Shown piece after piece: positions 10,427-21,212 of a stretch of DNA of 64,000 nt (position 1 is its first letter; the number at the start of each line of letters is the position of its first letter). Source of the stretch: Promethearchaeota archaeon (GTDB lineage Archaea; Asgardarchaeota; Lokiarchaeia; Sigyniarchaeales; SOKP01). The translations under genes were made by a program, and so were the position numbers. The stretch is taken from contig JAGXNS010000002.1 in NCBI GenBank assembly GCA_019894855.1, positions 8,858-72,857 on the forward strand, given 5' to 3'. The notes under the pieces are model-generated. The model made no database searches. It worked only from the letters and a program-made list of their open reading frames with translations, and was not told where the DNA came from.

Positions 10427-11173
10427 ATGTCTAAAAAAAGAAAAAAACGCGTAAGGCGCGGTCATCCAGTAGCTATCCTTATTGGTCTGCATGATAACGA
10501 TGCAGTACTTTGGAGAATATTCAGCGAGACTATTAGACTACACTTCAAAATAAATCGTGGAAGGAAGAGAAGAAATCAAAATAAAAAGCATATATTTCAT
10601 TTCCATGAGGAAATCATTAACGCATTAAGACCTTTAATTAAAGAGGGCATCAGAAGCGTAATATTGCTCTCCCCACCAAAAGAAGAATATTCAGATGAAT
10701 TTCTTAATCACGTTAATAAACATCATTCATGGTTATTAAAAAAGGGGAATAAAGGGGTTGTTTTTTCTAAGATCATAGCTAATCAGGCGAAGACTCAAAA
10801 GGATGTGTATTACCTAAAAACACAAGACTATTTTAAAGACATTGTGGGGGAAACTTCAAATCAAGAGGCTTTGCTGATACTAGAAGAATTGACGGAGGTA
10901 ATTAACAAAAATGAAAAGTTCTCAAAGATTCTCTATACATGGAGAGAAATCGATTATGAATTAAGACTTATAAGACAAAATCCTAATTTACCTAAGCCAA
11001 ATTACATAATTCTAACTGAAGAATATCTAAAAAATCCAAAGAATAGAAACAAAACACATCGAATTTTACAACTCGCAAAAAATCTTGAGATTAAAACTAA
11101 AATCGTAAGTCAAGAATCTGAGGCGGGTATTAGCGTAGAGAAATTTGGAGGAATAGTGTGTTATTTTAAATAA
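10427..11173 (+). CDS. Pelota/aRF1-like protein with middle and C-terminal domains only
   Basis: C-terminal IVSQESEAG..VEKFGGIVCYFK resembles the eRF1_3 end; middle domain pattern F.EEI...VILLSPP..F. Confidence 0.6.
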   Translation: MSKKRKKRVRRGHPVAILIGLHDNDAVLWRIFSETIRLHFKINRGRKRRNQNKKHIFHFHEEIINALRPLIKEGIRSVILLSPPKEEYSDEFLNHVNKHHSWLLKKGNKGVVFSKIIANQAKTQKDVYYLKTQDYFKDIVGETSNQEALLILEELTEVINKNEKFSKILYTWREIDYELRLIRQNPNLPKPNYIILTEEYLKNPKNRNKTHRILQLAKNLEIKTKIVSQESEAGISVEKFGGIVCYFK

Positions 11174-11227
11174 ATCTTCAATTAGGAGAAAATTACCAAA
11201 CTAAGAAATAAATTTATTAGAATTCTT

Positions 11228-14116
11228 TTAATTCGATTTTGATGAATTATTCATATATTTCGCTAAATACGTTGATGTGTATGATTCTTTAAAATCTATA
11301 ATCGATTCAGGTACACCTTCAATGACAATAGACCCTCCACCTTCTCCTCCTTCTGGTCCAAGGTCAATAATATAATCTGAAGATTTAATTACATCCATAT
11401 TATGTTCTATTACTATTACTGTATTACCTTTATCAACCAATTTTTGAAGTACTTTCAACAAAAATTTTATGTCATGGGCATGCAATCCTACAGTTGGTTC
11501 ATCTAGGATATATAATGTATTCCCTGTGCTTGTTTTCCTTAGTTCTCTTGCAATTTTCAAACGTTGAGATTCGCCTCCACTTAAGGTAGTTGAAGATTGA
11601 CCTAATTCTAAATACCCTAATCCTACATCTACTACAGTTTTTAAAGTTTGTTTTAAATTAGGAATACTATCGAAGAATTCAAGAGCTTGATGAAAAGTCA
11701 TTTTTAATACATCTGAGATCGTTTTCCCTTTAAATCTTATCTCTAAGGTCTCAGCGTTATATCTATAACCCCTACATAAATCGCATTTAATATAAACATC
11801 TGGAAGAAAGTACATCTCTTTAAGAATATACCCTGTACCTTTACATTTTTTACAATGACCTGCCTTGGTATTAAAACTAAATCTACCTTTTTTATAGCCT
11901 CTCTCTCTGGATTCTTCAAGCTTAGCAAAAAGGTCTCTAATATAATCTAAAGCTTTTGTGTAAGTCGCCGGTACAGAACGAGGTGTTCTTCCGATTGGAG
12001 ATTGATCTATGTTAATTATTTTGTCAATACTCTCGTATCCTTTTAGTTTGTCAAAATCTCCGCTTATTATTCTGGAACTGCGAGTGTTTATTAAGTTATG
12101 TAATCCCTTGTATAAACAATCAATTATTAAGCTAGTCTTTCCAGCTCCTGAAACTCCCGTAATACACGTAAAGATTCCTAATGGTATTTTTACTTTTATA
12201 TTCTTTAGGTTATTTTCTCGAGCGCCTATGATTTCAAGAAAATTGTTATTTGGTTCTCGTCTATTCTTAGGAACGTCTATTTTTTTCTCCCCAGATAAAT
12301 ATTTACCAGTTAAAGTTTTGGCTTCTAAAATCGTTTGTAAAGGGCCTTCTGCTACAATCTCTCCTCCATTTTCTCCTGCTAAAGGGCCCAAATCAATTAT
12401 ATGATCGGCATTGCGCATGATCTCGTCGTCGTGCTCTACAACAATAACGGTATTACCCAAATCTCTTAATTTTTTCAACATCTCAATTAATCGTGATATG
12501 TCTCTTTTATGTAAACCAACGGAGGGCTCGTCTAACACGTATAATACCCCAACAAGCCTAGAACCTAATTGAGTCGCTAATCTTATTCTTTCAGCTTCGC
12601 CAACAGATAATGTATGAGATCTTCTACTTAAAGAAATGTAATCTAAACCAACGTTATCTAAAAAAGATAACCTATCAAGTATCTCTTTTAATACATCTTT
12701 AATAATCGTTTTTTGAAGCTCGTCTAATTGTAAATCTTTGAAAAATTCTAACGAATCTTTTACCGCTAAATCTGATAATTCAGTGATATTAATGTTATTA
12801 ATTAGAACTGAAAGACTTTCAGGTTTTAACCTTTGCCCTTTGCATTGAGGACAGTTTATTTGATTCATAAAAGTTTCGTAAGTATCACGAGCCCATTCGG
12901 ATCGCGTATCCATGTATCTTCTATGTAACATCGGAATAATTCCTTCGAAGGGTCTTACTACATGATAAGATGAAGACTTGATATCTTTTTTTTGATTGTT
13001 GTAACCGTTATTTTCACTCTCAAAGTGGAATTCGATTGCTTCCTCTTCTGTTCCAAATAAAACTTTTTGCAATTTCTTAGGATCAATATCCTTTATCGCA
13101 GTTTTATGAGTATCAAATTTGTAGTGTTTAGCTACTTGGTTTAATGATTGCCAAAAGTACCCCGTTAACGACCCAAATCCAGGGATATTTCTGATAGGAG
13201 TGTCTTGGAGTGGAAGGCTAGAATCGTTTCCTAAAACTAAGGAGTAGTCAAATTCCATCACTGTTCCTAACCCACTACAATATTTGCAACTTCCATGAGG
13301 AATATTAAAAGAAAACATTTTATGGTCAATAGGCGGAAACGAAATACCACAATCTACACACGCTAAATGTTCAGAATAAATTTGTTCTCCAATGTTAAGA
13401 ACTTCTACAACCACGATTCCATCAGTTAATCCAAGGGCAGTTTCTATTGAATCGGCTAATCTAGTTTTGATATCATCCTTCATGACTAGCCTATCCACAA
13501 TTACATTGATGTGATGCTTTACATTTTTTTCCATTGGAATTTCTTCATCTAAAGTATACTGAATACCATCTACTTCAACTCTGACATAGCCTTGTTTTTT
13601 AAGATCGCTTAACAAGTCTTTGTATTCGCCTTTTCTATCGCGAATAATCGGCGCTTTAATGATAAACTTTTGGTTTGTTTCAAGTTCTTGCAGAATTTGT
13701 TGGATTATTTGCTGAGGTGTTTGGGGCGTAATTTCTTTACCGCATATGGGGCAATGAGGAACTCCAACATTAGCGAAAAGTAACCTATAATAATCGTATA
13801 TTTCTGTGACCGTTCCTACAGTACTTCTTGGGTTCTTTGACAACGGTTTCTGCTCTATAGCTATAGCAGGAGAGAGGCCTTCGATTGAATCTACGTCGGG
13901 TTTATCCATTTCTCCAAGAAATTGTCGGGCATAACTCGATAATGACTCAAGAAACCGTCTTTGCCCTTCAGCATACAGTGTGTCCATTGCTAAACTAGAT
14001 TTACCACTACCACTAATTCCAGTTATGATAACTAGTTTATTCCTTGGAATTATAACATCAATATTTTTTAAATTATTTTGTCTTGCTCCTTTAATAATAA
14101 TAGAATTATGATTCAT
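11228..14116 (-). CDS. uvrA: Excinuclease ABC subunit A
   Basis: GARQNNLKNI, two Walker A motifs (GISGSGKS, GVSGAGKT), Zn fingers, LSGGE. Confidence 0.97.
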   Translation of the reverse strand: MNHNSIIIKGARQNNLKNIDVIIPRNKLVIITGISGSGKSSLAMDTLYAEGQRRFLESLSSYARQFLGEMDKPDVDSIEGLSPAIAIEQKPLSKNPRSTVGTVTEIYDYYRLLFANVGVPHCPICGKEITPQTPQQIIQQILQELETNQKFIIKAPIIRDRKGEYKDLLSDLKKQGYVRVEVDGIQYTLDEEIPMEKNVKHHINVIVDRLVMKDDIKTRLADSIETALGLTDGIVVVEVLNIGEQIYSEHLACVDCGISFPPIDHKMFSFNIPHGSCKYCSGLGTVMEFDYSLVLGNDSSLPLQDTPIRNIPGFGSLTGYFWQSLNQVAKHYKFDTHKTAIKDIDPKKLQKVLFGTEEEAIEFHFESENNGYNNQKKDIKSSSYHVVRPFEGIIPMLHRRYMDTRSEWARDTYETFMNQINCPQCKGQRLKPESLSVLINNINITELSDLAVKDSLEFFKDLQLDELQKTIIKDVLKEILDRLSFLDNVGLDYISLSRRSHTLSVGEAERIRLATQLGSRLVGVLYVLDEPSVGLHKRDISRLIEMLKKLRDLGNTVIVVEHDDEIMRNADHIIDLGPLAGENGGEIVAEGPLQTILEAKTLTGKYLSGEKKIDVPKNRREPNNNFLEIIGARENNLKNIKVKIPLGIFTCITGVSGAGKTSLIIDCLYKGLHNLINTRSSRIISGDFDKLKGYESIDKIINIDQSPIGRTPRSVPATYTKALDYIRDLFAKLEESRERGYKKGRFSFNTKAGHCKKCKGTGYILKEMYFLPDVYIKCDLCRGYRYNAETLEIRFKGKTISDVLKMTFHQALEFFDSIPNLKQTLKTVVDVGLGYLELGQSSTTLSGGESQRLKIARELRKTSTGNTLYILDEPTVGLHAHDIKFLLKVLQKLVDKGNTVIVIEHNMDVIKSSDYIIDLGPEGGEGGGSIVIEGVPESIIDFKESYTSTYLAKYMNNSSKSN

Positions 14117-14158
14117 AATGACTCCTGTTAACCATTAATTTATGTGTAATGAAACTAT

Positions 14159-16165
14159 TCACGATTTTATTTTATAGTCTTTCTTAATTTCTTTAATTTT
14201 ATCTCTTAAATAGGCAGCATCCTCGAACCGTAGCTCTTTGGCTGCAAGAAACATTTTGATTTCAAGATACTCAATTACTAAATCTTTATCTCCCTGTTTT
14301 TCTAAATCTTCAATCTTATCTTTAACATTTCTTTTTAATTTCTTTGTTTCTCTTTCCTTGAACTCATGTTCCTCAGAAAGCGAATTTAAGATGTTTTTCT
14401 TAATTGTTTGAGGTGTAATTTTAAATTTCTCGTTGTAATCTTCCTGTTTATTTCTTCTTCTATTTGTTTCTTCAATTGCTTCCTTCATAGCTCGAGTAAT
14501 TTTATCGGCATATAATATCGCTCTACCTTTTATGTTACGGGAAGCCCTACCAATGGTTTGTATAAGCGATCGCGTGTCGCGTAAGAATCCTAATTTATCT
14601 GCGTCCAGAATTGCTACTAATTGGACTTCGGGTAAATCTAATCCTTCTCTAAGAAGATTAATTCCCACTAAAACATCGTGAGTACCATCTCTTAAATGTC
14701 TTAATATTTCAAATCTCTCGACAGTTCCTACTTCGGAGTGTAAGTAAGCAACCTTCAACCCTAATTCAGAATAATACTCAGCAATATCTTCCGACATCCG
14801 TTTAGTAAGAGTGGTGACTAAAACTCTTCCTTTATTGGTTATAACTTTCCTTATCTCATCTAACAAGTCATCAATTTGATTTTTAGCAGGACGAATTTCC
14901 ACCTGAGGATCAACCAATCCAGTTGGTCTAATTATTTGTTCAGCAGATACTCCACCGCTCTTTTTAAATTCCCAACCTCCGGGAGTAGCGCTCATAAAAA
15001 TTATATGATTTATTTTTGCTTCCCATTCTTCAAAAGTCAAAGGCCTATTATCGTATGCGGAAGGTAACCTCCACCCAAAATCAACGAGGTTCTTTTTTCT
15101 TGATCTATCTCCCCCAATCATTCCATGAATTTGAGGAATCGTTATGTGACTCTCGTCAGCAACTATTAAAAAATCTTTTGGAAAATAATCAATTAAACAC
15201 ATCGGTGGACTCCCGGGTGGCCTGCCATCAAGGTGTCTCGAATAATTTTCCACTCCCTTACACCATCCCATTTCTCTCATCATTTCAAGATCAAATTTTG
15301 TTCTTTTTTCAATCCATTGGGCTTCGGCATATTTCTTCTCTTTCATGAATTTGGCTATCTGCTGCTCTAACTCTTCTTCAATTGAAATTAATGCCTTAGC
15401 TTTATTTTCTTCGGGTATAATGAAATGAGTAGCTGGGAATATTCTACAATTTGATAAATCTTTTAAAACATCATTAGAAACATAATGAATTTCTTGTATA
15501 GACTCGATTACATCTCCAAATAATGAAACACGAATTGCGTTGTTCAAATACGCTGGAAAGATGTCGATAATGTCTCCCTTAACTCTGACTATGCCGGGTT
15601 TAAACTCGATATCCTTTCTTTCATAGTTCATCAGGATTAATCCTTTTATTATTTCCTTCCTTTGAATAGTCTGACCAACATCAAGGTTCAGGGAAATATC
15701 GGTCCAAACTTTTGGATCACCAATACCATAAATACATGATACAGTTGCAACAATGATAACATCGTTCCTTGTTCTAATTGCATGAGTAGCAGCTAATCTT
15801 AATCTCTCGATTTCCTCGTTTACGCTGAAATCTTTTTCAATATATAATCCTGTCACAGGCATATAGCTTTCAGGTTGATAATAATCGTAGTAGCTAACAA
15901 AATAGTGAACAGCATTCTTAGGAAATAATTCTTTAAGCTCGTTATATAATTGGGCTGCCAGCGTTTTATTTGGTGCCATAACTAAAGTAGGTTTCTGAAT
16001 TTTCTGAATTATATTTGCAACAGTGAATGTTTTCCCCGTACCGGTAGCGCCTAATAGCGTCTGAAAGCGGTTTCCGTTTTTTATGTTACCGACTAGTTTC
16101 TTGATTGCTTCTGGTTGATCTCCGCTAGGTTTGAAACTAGATTCAATTTTGAAATTGGATATTAT
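14159..16165 (-). CDS. uvrB: Excinuclease ABC subunit B (non-canonical ATA/ATT start inferred)
   Basis: YYDYYQPE, DESH, UVR tail; frame continues about 60 codons upstream of ATG 15979 through FKPSGDQPEAI and Walker A GATGTGKT to TAA at 16169-16171; exact start 16162/16165/16168 uncertain. Confidence 0.92.
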   Translation of the reverse strand: MISNFKIESSFKPSGDQPEAIKKLVGNIKNGNRFQTLLGATGTGKTFTVANIIQKIQKPTLVMAPNKTLAAQLYNELKELFPKNAVHYFVSYYDYYQPESYMPVTGLYIEKDFSVNEEIERLRLAATHAIRTRNDVIIVATVSCIYGIGDPKVWTDISLNLDVGQTIQRKEIIKGLILMNYERKDIEFKPGIVRVKGDIIDIFPAYLNNAIRVSLFGDVIESIQEIHYVSNDVLKDLSNCRIFPATHFIIPEENKAKALISIEEELEQQIAKFMKEKKYAEAQWIEKRTKFDLEMMREMGWCKGVENYSRHLDGRPPGSPPMCLIDYFPKDFLIVADESHITIPQIHGMIGGDRSRKKNLVDFGWRLPSAYDNRPLTFEEWEAKINHIIFMSATPGGWEFKKSGGVSAEQIIRPTGLVDPQVEIRPAKNQIDDLLDEIRKVITNKGRVLVTTLTKRMSEDIAEYYSELGLKVAYLHSEVGTVERFEILRHLRDGTHDVLVGINLLREGLDLPEVQLVAILDADKLGFLRDTRSLIQTIGRASRNIKGRAILYADKITRAMKEAIEETNRRRNKQEDYNEKFKITPQTIKKNILNSLSEEHEFKERETKKLKRNVKDKIEDLEKQGDKDLVIEYLEIKMFLAAKELRFEDAAYLRDKIKEIKKDYKIKS

Positions 16166-16293
16166 AATTTAGACACCAAAATTTAAAGATTAATTAAAGA
16201 TGAAGTTAAACTTAATTTATAGACGATAGGTCTATAGATTTTTTAATGTAACATAGTTTATTTTTATTACTGTTATAAATAAAAAGTAAGGAT

Positions 16294-19200
16294 TTAAGTG
16301 GTAACGATTTCGTCGTGTATATCCTCTGCGCCTTCCTTGGTCCGAACTAAGATGTTTAAAATTTCGCCATTACTTACTAATCCGATTATAGTTTCAAGAT
16401 CATCCGTGCTGATCGTAAATATAATTGAATCTCCTGCTTCAATATCATAAGTAGCTACATCAAAATTACTCAACGAAATAAATGTATTATTAATGTAAAT
16501 GGATTCCACTGTAAGATTAAACAATCCTTCGTTGTCAATTTTTATATCAACAAAGCCGCCAATAGTGGCAGTCGTTTCAGTATCATCGATATTTATTTCG
16601 TAAAATGTTGAATCTACAAATACGGGAAAGTCCATGTTATATTGAGCAGAAGAGTTTGTAGTTATGTTTACATTAACAATATTAGTGGAATTTAACGCTA
16701 AGCCCGTGATATTGAAAGAAACTAAAGCACATTCTTGTATATCGAGAGTAATATCTCCATATTCAAATATTACATCGTTTGTAAAGGATAAGCTCGTTGT
16801 ACTATTCAGATATATTTTATCTAATGTAATCTCTTCATCTCCCGTGTTTTTGATCAAAATTTTGCCTGTTTCGTTAGCAGCTATAAAGGAAGCAACATGT
16901 CCTTCTACGGAATCAATGATTTCAATATCTGGTTTGTCTATAATTGTGTGAACAAATCCAATATCAGAAGCTTTGGTATCACCATCGAAATTCGCAGTCA
17001 CAATAATTCCTATCTCATCGTTTACTTCAATGCCTGTTAAATAATCTGAGGCTGTTATAGTAAGACTTCTTTCTTGTCCAGGATTTAAATTAAAGGCCCC
17101 AAAATTCAATATGGATGTCCAACTTGAAGAAGTAGAAAGATAAATCGAATCTAGTCCTAGTATAATATCTCCGGTATTTTTAACCATTAAGTTTACGTGA
17201 GTTGTTCCATTATCATAAGTATACGCAAATGTTTTTTCGAGATTAATTGGAACGTGATTTCGAAAATCAGTTTGTGTAGCAATTAATGCTTCTGGGGAGG
17301 CTATTCTGCTTTCTTCAAGAATAGAAATTTTAAACCCATCATAATTTGAGGTGAGTATTAACTCGTCTGTGATACCATTAGGGGTAGCTACGCCTATTTT
17401 GTGTTCAGTTCTTAATGGATAAAACGGATAGAGAGTATTTGCGATATTAACACTTGCTATTTGACCCGGTTCTAAAATTGGAGTTCCTGAAACATAATTT
17501 ATATTGTTGAGAGTATTATTTTCATTATCGATATAGAAATCTTTCAAGATTACTGTACTTAGTCCCGTGTTTTCAATTTCGAGATTTATTTCACTCAACG
17601 ACGAATCTATTTGAACGACATTACTGCTGATTTTATTAATCCTAATATCTCCTTCCCTAGCTTCTTTTACAAACAGATTGCTTGTATCGTTCGTGAAAGT
17701 GAAAGGTGAAGAATCAACTGCAATTGATTGAGCTTCTACTTCAATGTTTACCACATCATTTATTTCAAAAGAATTTCCACTAGATTTAATGTCTACCCAA
17801 ACTAAATCTTCCTCGTTAGAGTTTAATATATTTGTCTCGATACCTTTACCCAGGTTAAAATCGTAACTCTCACCGTTTATCTTAATATCGCTAATCGTTA
17901 AATCTTTTGAACCTGTGTTTTTCAATTTGAAAGTAGCATAACCAGTATCGAATACTTCTGGATTTTGTATTTGAAAACTAGATTCTAAAGCAGTATAATC
18001 AAGTTTGAACAATTTTACCATTCCATTTGTCGAGATATATGCGTACTTAAAAACATTGAATTCATATAATCCATCAATTGGTATATGTGTGGTATATGGG
18101 TTTCCTTGGTCGTCTGTTAATGTATTAACTTGACTTTGGTAGTATTCAGTAAATGTTTGGGGGTTATTAGGATCTGATGGAGGAGCTGTTGGATTTCCGT
18201 AGAACATTAATTTAACTAACTGACTTTGGAACCATTTTGAAGTGGGGCTTCCCGTGGTTGAGTTAAAATATTCATCTTCAACGAATACAGAATTCGAAGC
18301 CCAATTATCCTCTTCCATGCCATAATTCTTATAGCTCTGGTAGTTATCGTTGCAGATCCTTACCATCCAAGGCCATTTACCTTCATCCCCTCCTAAATTA
18401 GGATACAGCATTCCAAAATAGACTAAGACATAGTCTGCTTGTAACGCTCTAAACACTTTAGCACTATAAATCTCGTTTGTTTGCATCATTGCCATTCCTG
18501 TCATACCCATTCGAGTTTGGTTGATTGTTCCATTATCGTTAACCGTTGTCATGTTTCCTATGGGGGTTATCCAATAACCATAATCCCACCACGAGACAAC
18601 AACGGATGTACCAGGCAGATTTGTTTTCATCCATGTTAGAGTTTCTTCCCAATCGTGTATTTGTCCTCCTGGCGCCAATTGACTCTGCGACAGTTGAGTT
18701 AAAGCAATGTTAGAAGCGTGCATAACTTGAGCCATACACATAATCCCAACAATGAAATAAACAGCACCAATTTCAGATTTTCCAACCATCCGTTTTACTT
18801 GGCGCTTTCGTTTTCTACTAACACCTGTTCTTTTTTCTCCATAGAAACTGCCAAAAATTTTTAAAACATTAACTAATCCATATGCACCCACTAAGCATGC
18901 TGCGGGCGCAAATAATAATATTATTCGAATCATGCTGCCAGTAAAATAAAAAATCAAAAGTAAGAAAGTGAGTAATAGGATATCGGCGACATTAGCTCGT
19001 TTAAATAAGAAAAATAATCCAAGAGGTAAAAGAGTCAGAGGAATCAAAGTATTATAGTAAAACACACTCCATGAACTTGGCATATGTTCAGCCACGGAAG
19101 CTGTAACACTAATAGAATCTCTAATTAAAGGACTTAATACACTCACTAATCGTCCTCCGAACCCAAAAGGAATTAAATCTGGAGCAACCCATATAATAAC

Positions 19201-20166
19201 GCCGAAAATGGTGATTACGGGTATCAATGCCCACTTTATGGTGTTGATTAAACCATTATATAGACGAGAAAGTTTGTTTCTATTTGTATATAAAATATGA
19301 AATATGGCTAGAAAAATAGTAAAATAAAAAACTGCTCCAAGCTCCACACTAGTTAAGAAAGAACTATATGGGAATGTAAAACTTATAGCATAGACAAGTA
19401 ACCCAACTCCTTCGATTCCCGCATAGGCTATTAAAATATTAGAATCGTATTTCTTCAGTAAAATCATAATTGCAACTATAATAGGAAGAATTAAAAAAAC
19501 GAAGTTAAAACCTCCCCAACTTAAAGCTAAATAACCAGAAAAGATGCCACCTAAAACAGAATGATAGAATTTCCCTGTTCTCACTGTTTTAATAAAGAAA
19601 TAAAAAGCCATTAAAGCAGCAAAAACACCGATAGTTTCATTATCGAAAAACCCTGCCGTCGTTCGTTGCATGAAACCAGGGTTAAAAGCTAAAAAAAATG
19701 CAGCGACTAATCCGCATCTTCGATCGAGCGCTTCTTTCCCTACCAGATAAATAGCAAAAACAGATGCTCCCCCCATAATCGCTGGAAAAAAGTAACATAT
19801 ATCATATAAAGATATTGGAATCCCTATAAAATTAAAAGCTTGGTAAATTGCTACTACAGTGAAAGTTAGTCCAGGTCTAAGGGTCCCCCGGGAAAAACCT
19901 TCAGGAAACCAACTTTTTATGTCGTGCCAATTAAAGTATTCAAATACAGAATGCGTTGATAAATATTCTGCGTTGTAATATTGAATCCATGGGTCAAATG
20001 CTTTTATAAGGTAATTACCAGATATAATTGGTGAAAGTCTTATTAAAATGGCTAAAAACACAACTAAAAAGAGAGCTAAGAAAAACACGATGTTAAATGT
20101 TTTTACTGTTATGGTTGCTCTTGCGCGATCTCTGAAATTTTTTAAAGATGGGTAAATAAAGGACAT
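16294..20166 (-). CDS. aglB: Oligosaccharyltransferase AglB/STT3 with long C-terminal Ig-like extension
   Basis: AFDPW, FDNE, SVAEH, WWDYG, DNGT, DEGKWPWM; multi-TM N-terminal half. Confidence 0.93.
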   Translation of the reverse strand: MSFIYPSLKNFRDRARATITVKTFNIVFFLALFLVVFLAILIRLSPIISGNYLIKAFDPWIQYYNAEYLSTHSVFEYFNWHDIKSWFPEGFSRGTLRPGLTFTVVAIYQAFNFIGIPISLYDICYFFPAIMGGASVFAIYLVGKEALDRRCGLVAAFFLAFNPGFMQRTTAGFFDNETIGVFAALMAFYFFIKTVRTGKFYHSVLGGIFSGYLALSWGGFNFVFLILPIIVAIMILLKKYDSNILIAYAGIEGVGLLVYAISFTFPYSSFLTSVELGAVFYFTIFLAIFHILYTNRNKLSRLYNGLINTIKWALIPVITIFGVIIWVAPDLIPFGFGGRLVSVLSPLIRDSISVTASVAEHMPSSWSVFYYNTLIPLTLLPLGLFFLFKRANVADILLLTFLLLIFYFTGSMIRIILLFAPAACLVGAYGLVNVLKIFGSFYGEKRTGVSRKRKRQVKRMVGKSEIGAVYFIVGIMCMAQVMHASNIALTQLSQSQLAPGGQIHDWEETLTWMKTNLPGTSVVVSWWDYGYWITPIGNMTTVNDNGTINQTRMGMTGMAMMQTNEIYSAKVFRALQADYVLVYFGMLYPNLGGDEGKWPWMVRICNDNYQSYKNYGMEEDNWASNSVFVEDEYFNSTTGSPTSKWFQSQLVKLMFYGNPTAPPSDPNNPQTFTEYYQSQVNTLTDDQGNPYTTHIPIDGLYEFNVFKYAYISTNGMVKLFKLDYTALESSFQIQNPEVFDTGYATFKLKNTGSKDLTISDIKINGESYDFNLGKGIETNILNSNEEDLVWVDIKSSGNSFEINDVVNIEVEAQSIAVDSSPFTFTNDTSNLFVKEAREGDIRINKISSNVVQIDSSLSEINLEIENTGLSTVILKDFYIDNENNTLNNINYVSGTPILEPGQIASVNIANTLYPFYPLRTEHKIGVATPNGITDELILTSNYDGFKISILEESRIASPEALIATQTDFRNHVPINLEKTFAYTYDNGTTHVNLMVKNTGDIILGLDSIYLSTSSSWTSILNFGAFNLNPGQERSLTITASDYLTGIEVNDEIGIIVTANFDGDTKASDIGFVHTIIDKPDIEIIDSVEGHVASFIAANETGKILIKNTGDEEITLDKIYLNSTTSLSFTNDVIFEYGDITLDIQECALVSFNITGLALNSTNIVNVNITTNSSAQYNMDFPVFVDSTFYEINIDDTETTATIGGFVDIKIDNEGLFNLTVESIYINNTFISLSNFDVATYDIEAGDSIIFTISTDDLETIIGLVSNGEILNILVRTKEGAEDIHDEIVTT

Positions 20167-20354
20167 ATTTTTTCTTCTATATTATTGTTAAACGGTATAA
20201 TCGTTATGAAATTTAAAAGATTTTAAAACATTAAAAGATTGTTTTTTAACAAATTAATTAGTCTTGATATTTTAACACAAACAAAATTCAATTATTATAA
20301 AAATCCTATTTCAAGCATAAAATTATTAAAATTTTAATGCTGTAATTAATAGGA

Positions 20355-21212
20355 ATGGAAAAAACGAGGTATATCTTTAAATTCTATTACATAGGGTCGA
20401 AAAAATATCATGGCTCTCAACGCCAACCTGATTATTTAACTGTTGAAGAATGTCTATTGAGCGCCTTAAAGGAGCGAAAATATATAAAAGATGATAAGAC
20501 ATCGGGTTTCGAAGTAGCAAGCAGAACCGATAAGTACGTTTCAGCCCGTGGATCTACTTTTTCTTTTGAGACAGAAAAAAAACCTATTTTAATGGAGATC
20601 AATACAGCTCTCCCAAAAAATATAGGAATCTGGGGGTATTCCGAAGTACCAATAGATTTTTTATCAAGATACAATGCATTGTATCGACATTACAAGTATA
20701 TTGTTCCCTATTCAATTAACTTTCGTAGAAAAATAGCCTCAAATAACCTAAACGAAATGATTAAAGCGTGTAGAACATTTGAGGGAAGACACGATTTTAG
20801 AAACTTTTTCAAACCAGAGAAAGATAATGAAAAAACGATTAGAGACATTATGTTAGCATCTTTGAGATTAGACGGTGATTTCCTAATTTTCGATTTCAAG
20901 AGTCGGGCTTTTTTAAGACAACAAATTAGAAGAATGATTGCTAAAATCTTTGAACTTGGTTTAGAAATAATTACATTTGAAGAGTTTTTAGATTTATTTA
21001 ATCCCTCCAGAACTTACTCCTATCAACCCGCTGATCCCTTAGGATTAATTTTATGGGATATTAATTACGGAAAAAAAATGCAATTTACAATTGATGCCAA
21101 ATCAAAAGAGAGAATGAATAAATTCTTTCTGCGACAGGAAATTAAATTTTCAACCAAACAGAAATTATTCAGTCTTATGCAGCGTAACAATATTAGCGAG
21201 AAGGGCCTGTAA
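20355..21212 (+). CDS. truA: tRNA pseudouridine synthase A
   Basis: YHGSQRQP, ASRTDKYVSA, GRHDFRNF, FLRQQIRRM. Confidence 0.92.
   Translation: MEKTRYIFKFYYIGSKKYHGSQRQPDYLTVEECLLSALKERKYIKDDKTSGFEVASRTDKYVSARGSTFSFETEKKPILMEINTALPKNIGIWGYSEVPIDFLSRYNALYRHYKYIVPYSINFRRKIASNNLNEMIKACRTFEGRHDFRNFFKPEKDNEKTIRDIMLASLRLDGDFLIFDFKSRAFLRQQIRRMIAKIFELGLEIITFEEFLDLFNPSRTYSYQPADPLGLILWDINYGKKMQFTIDAKSKERMNKFFLRQEIKFSTKQKLFSLMQRNNISEKGL

Noticed and set aside
11228-16165. uvrAB without uvrC
   Set aside because: uvrC is commonly unlinked; cannot be judged from one window
21165-21212. 48-nt 3' overlap of truA and rfcS
   Set aside because: Real, but ordinary for convergent genes in compact genomes
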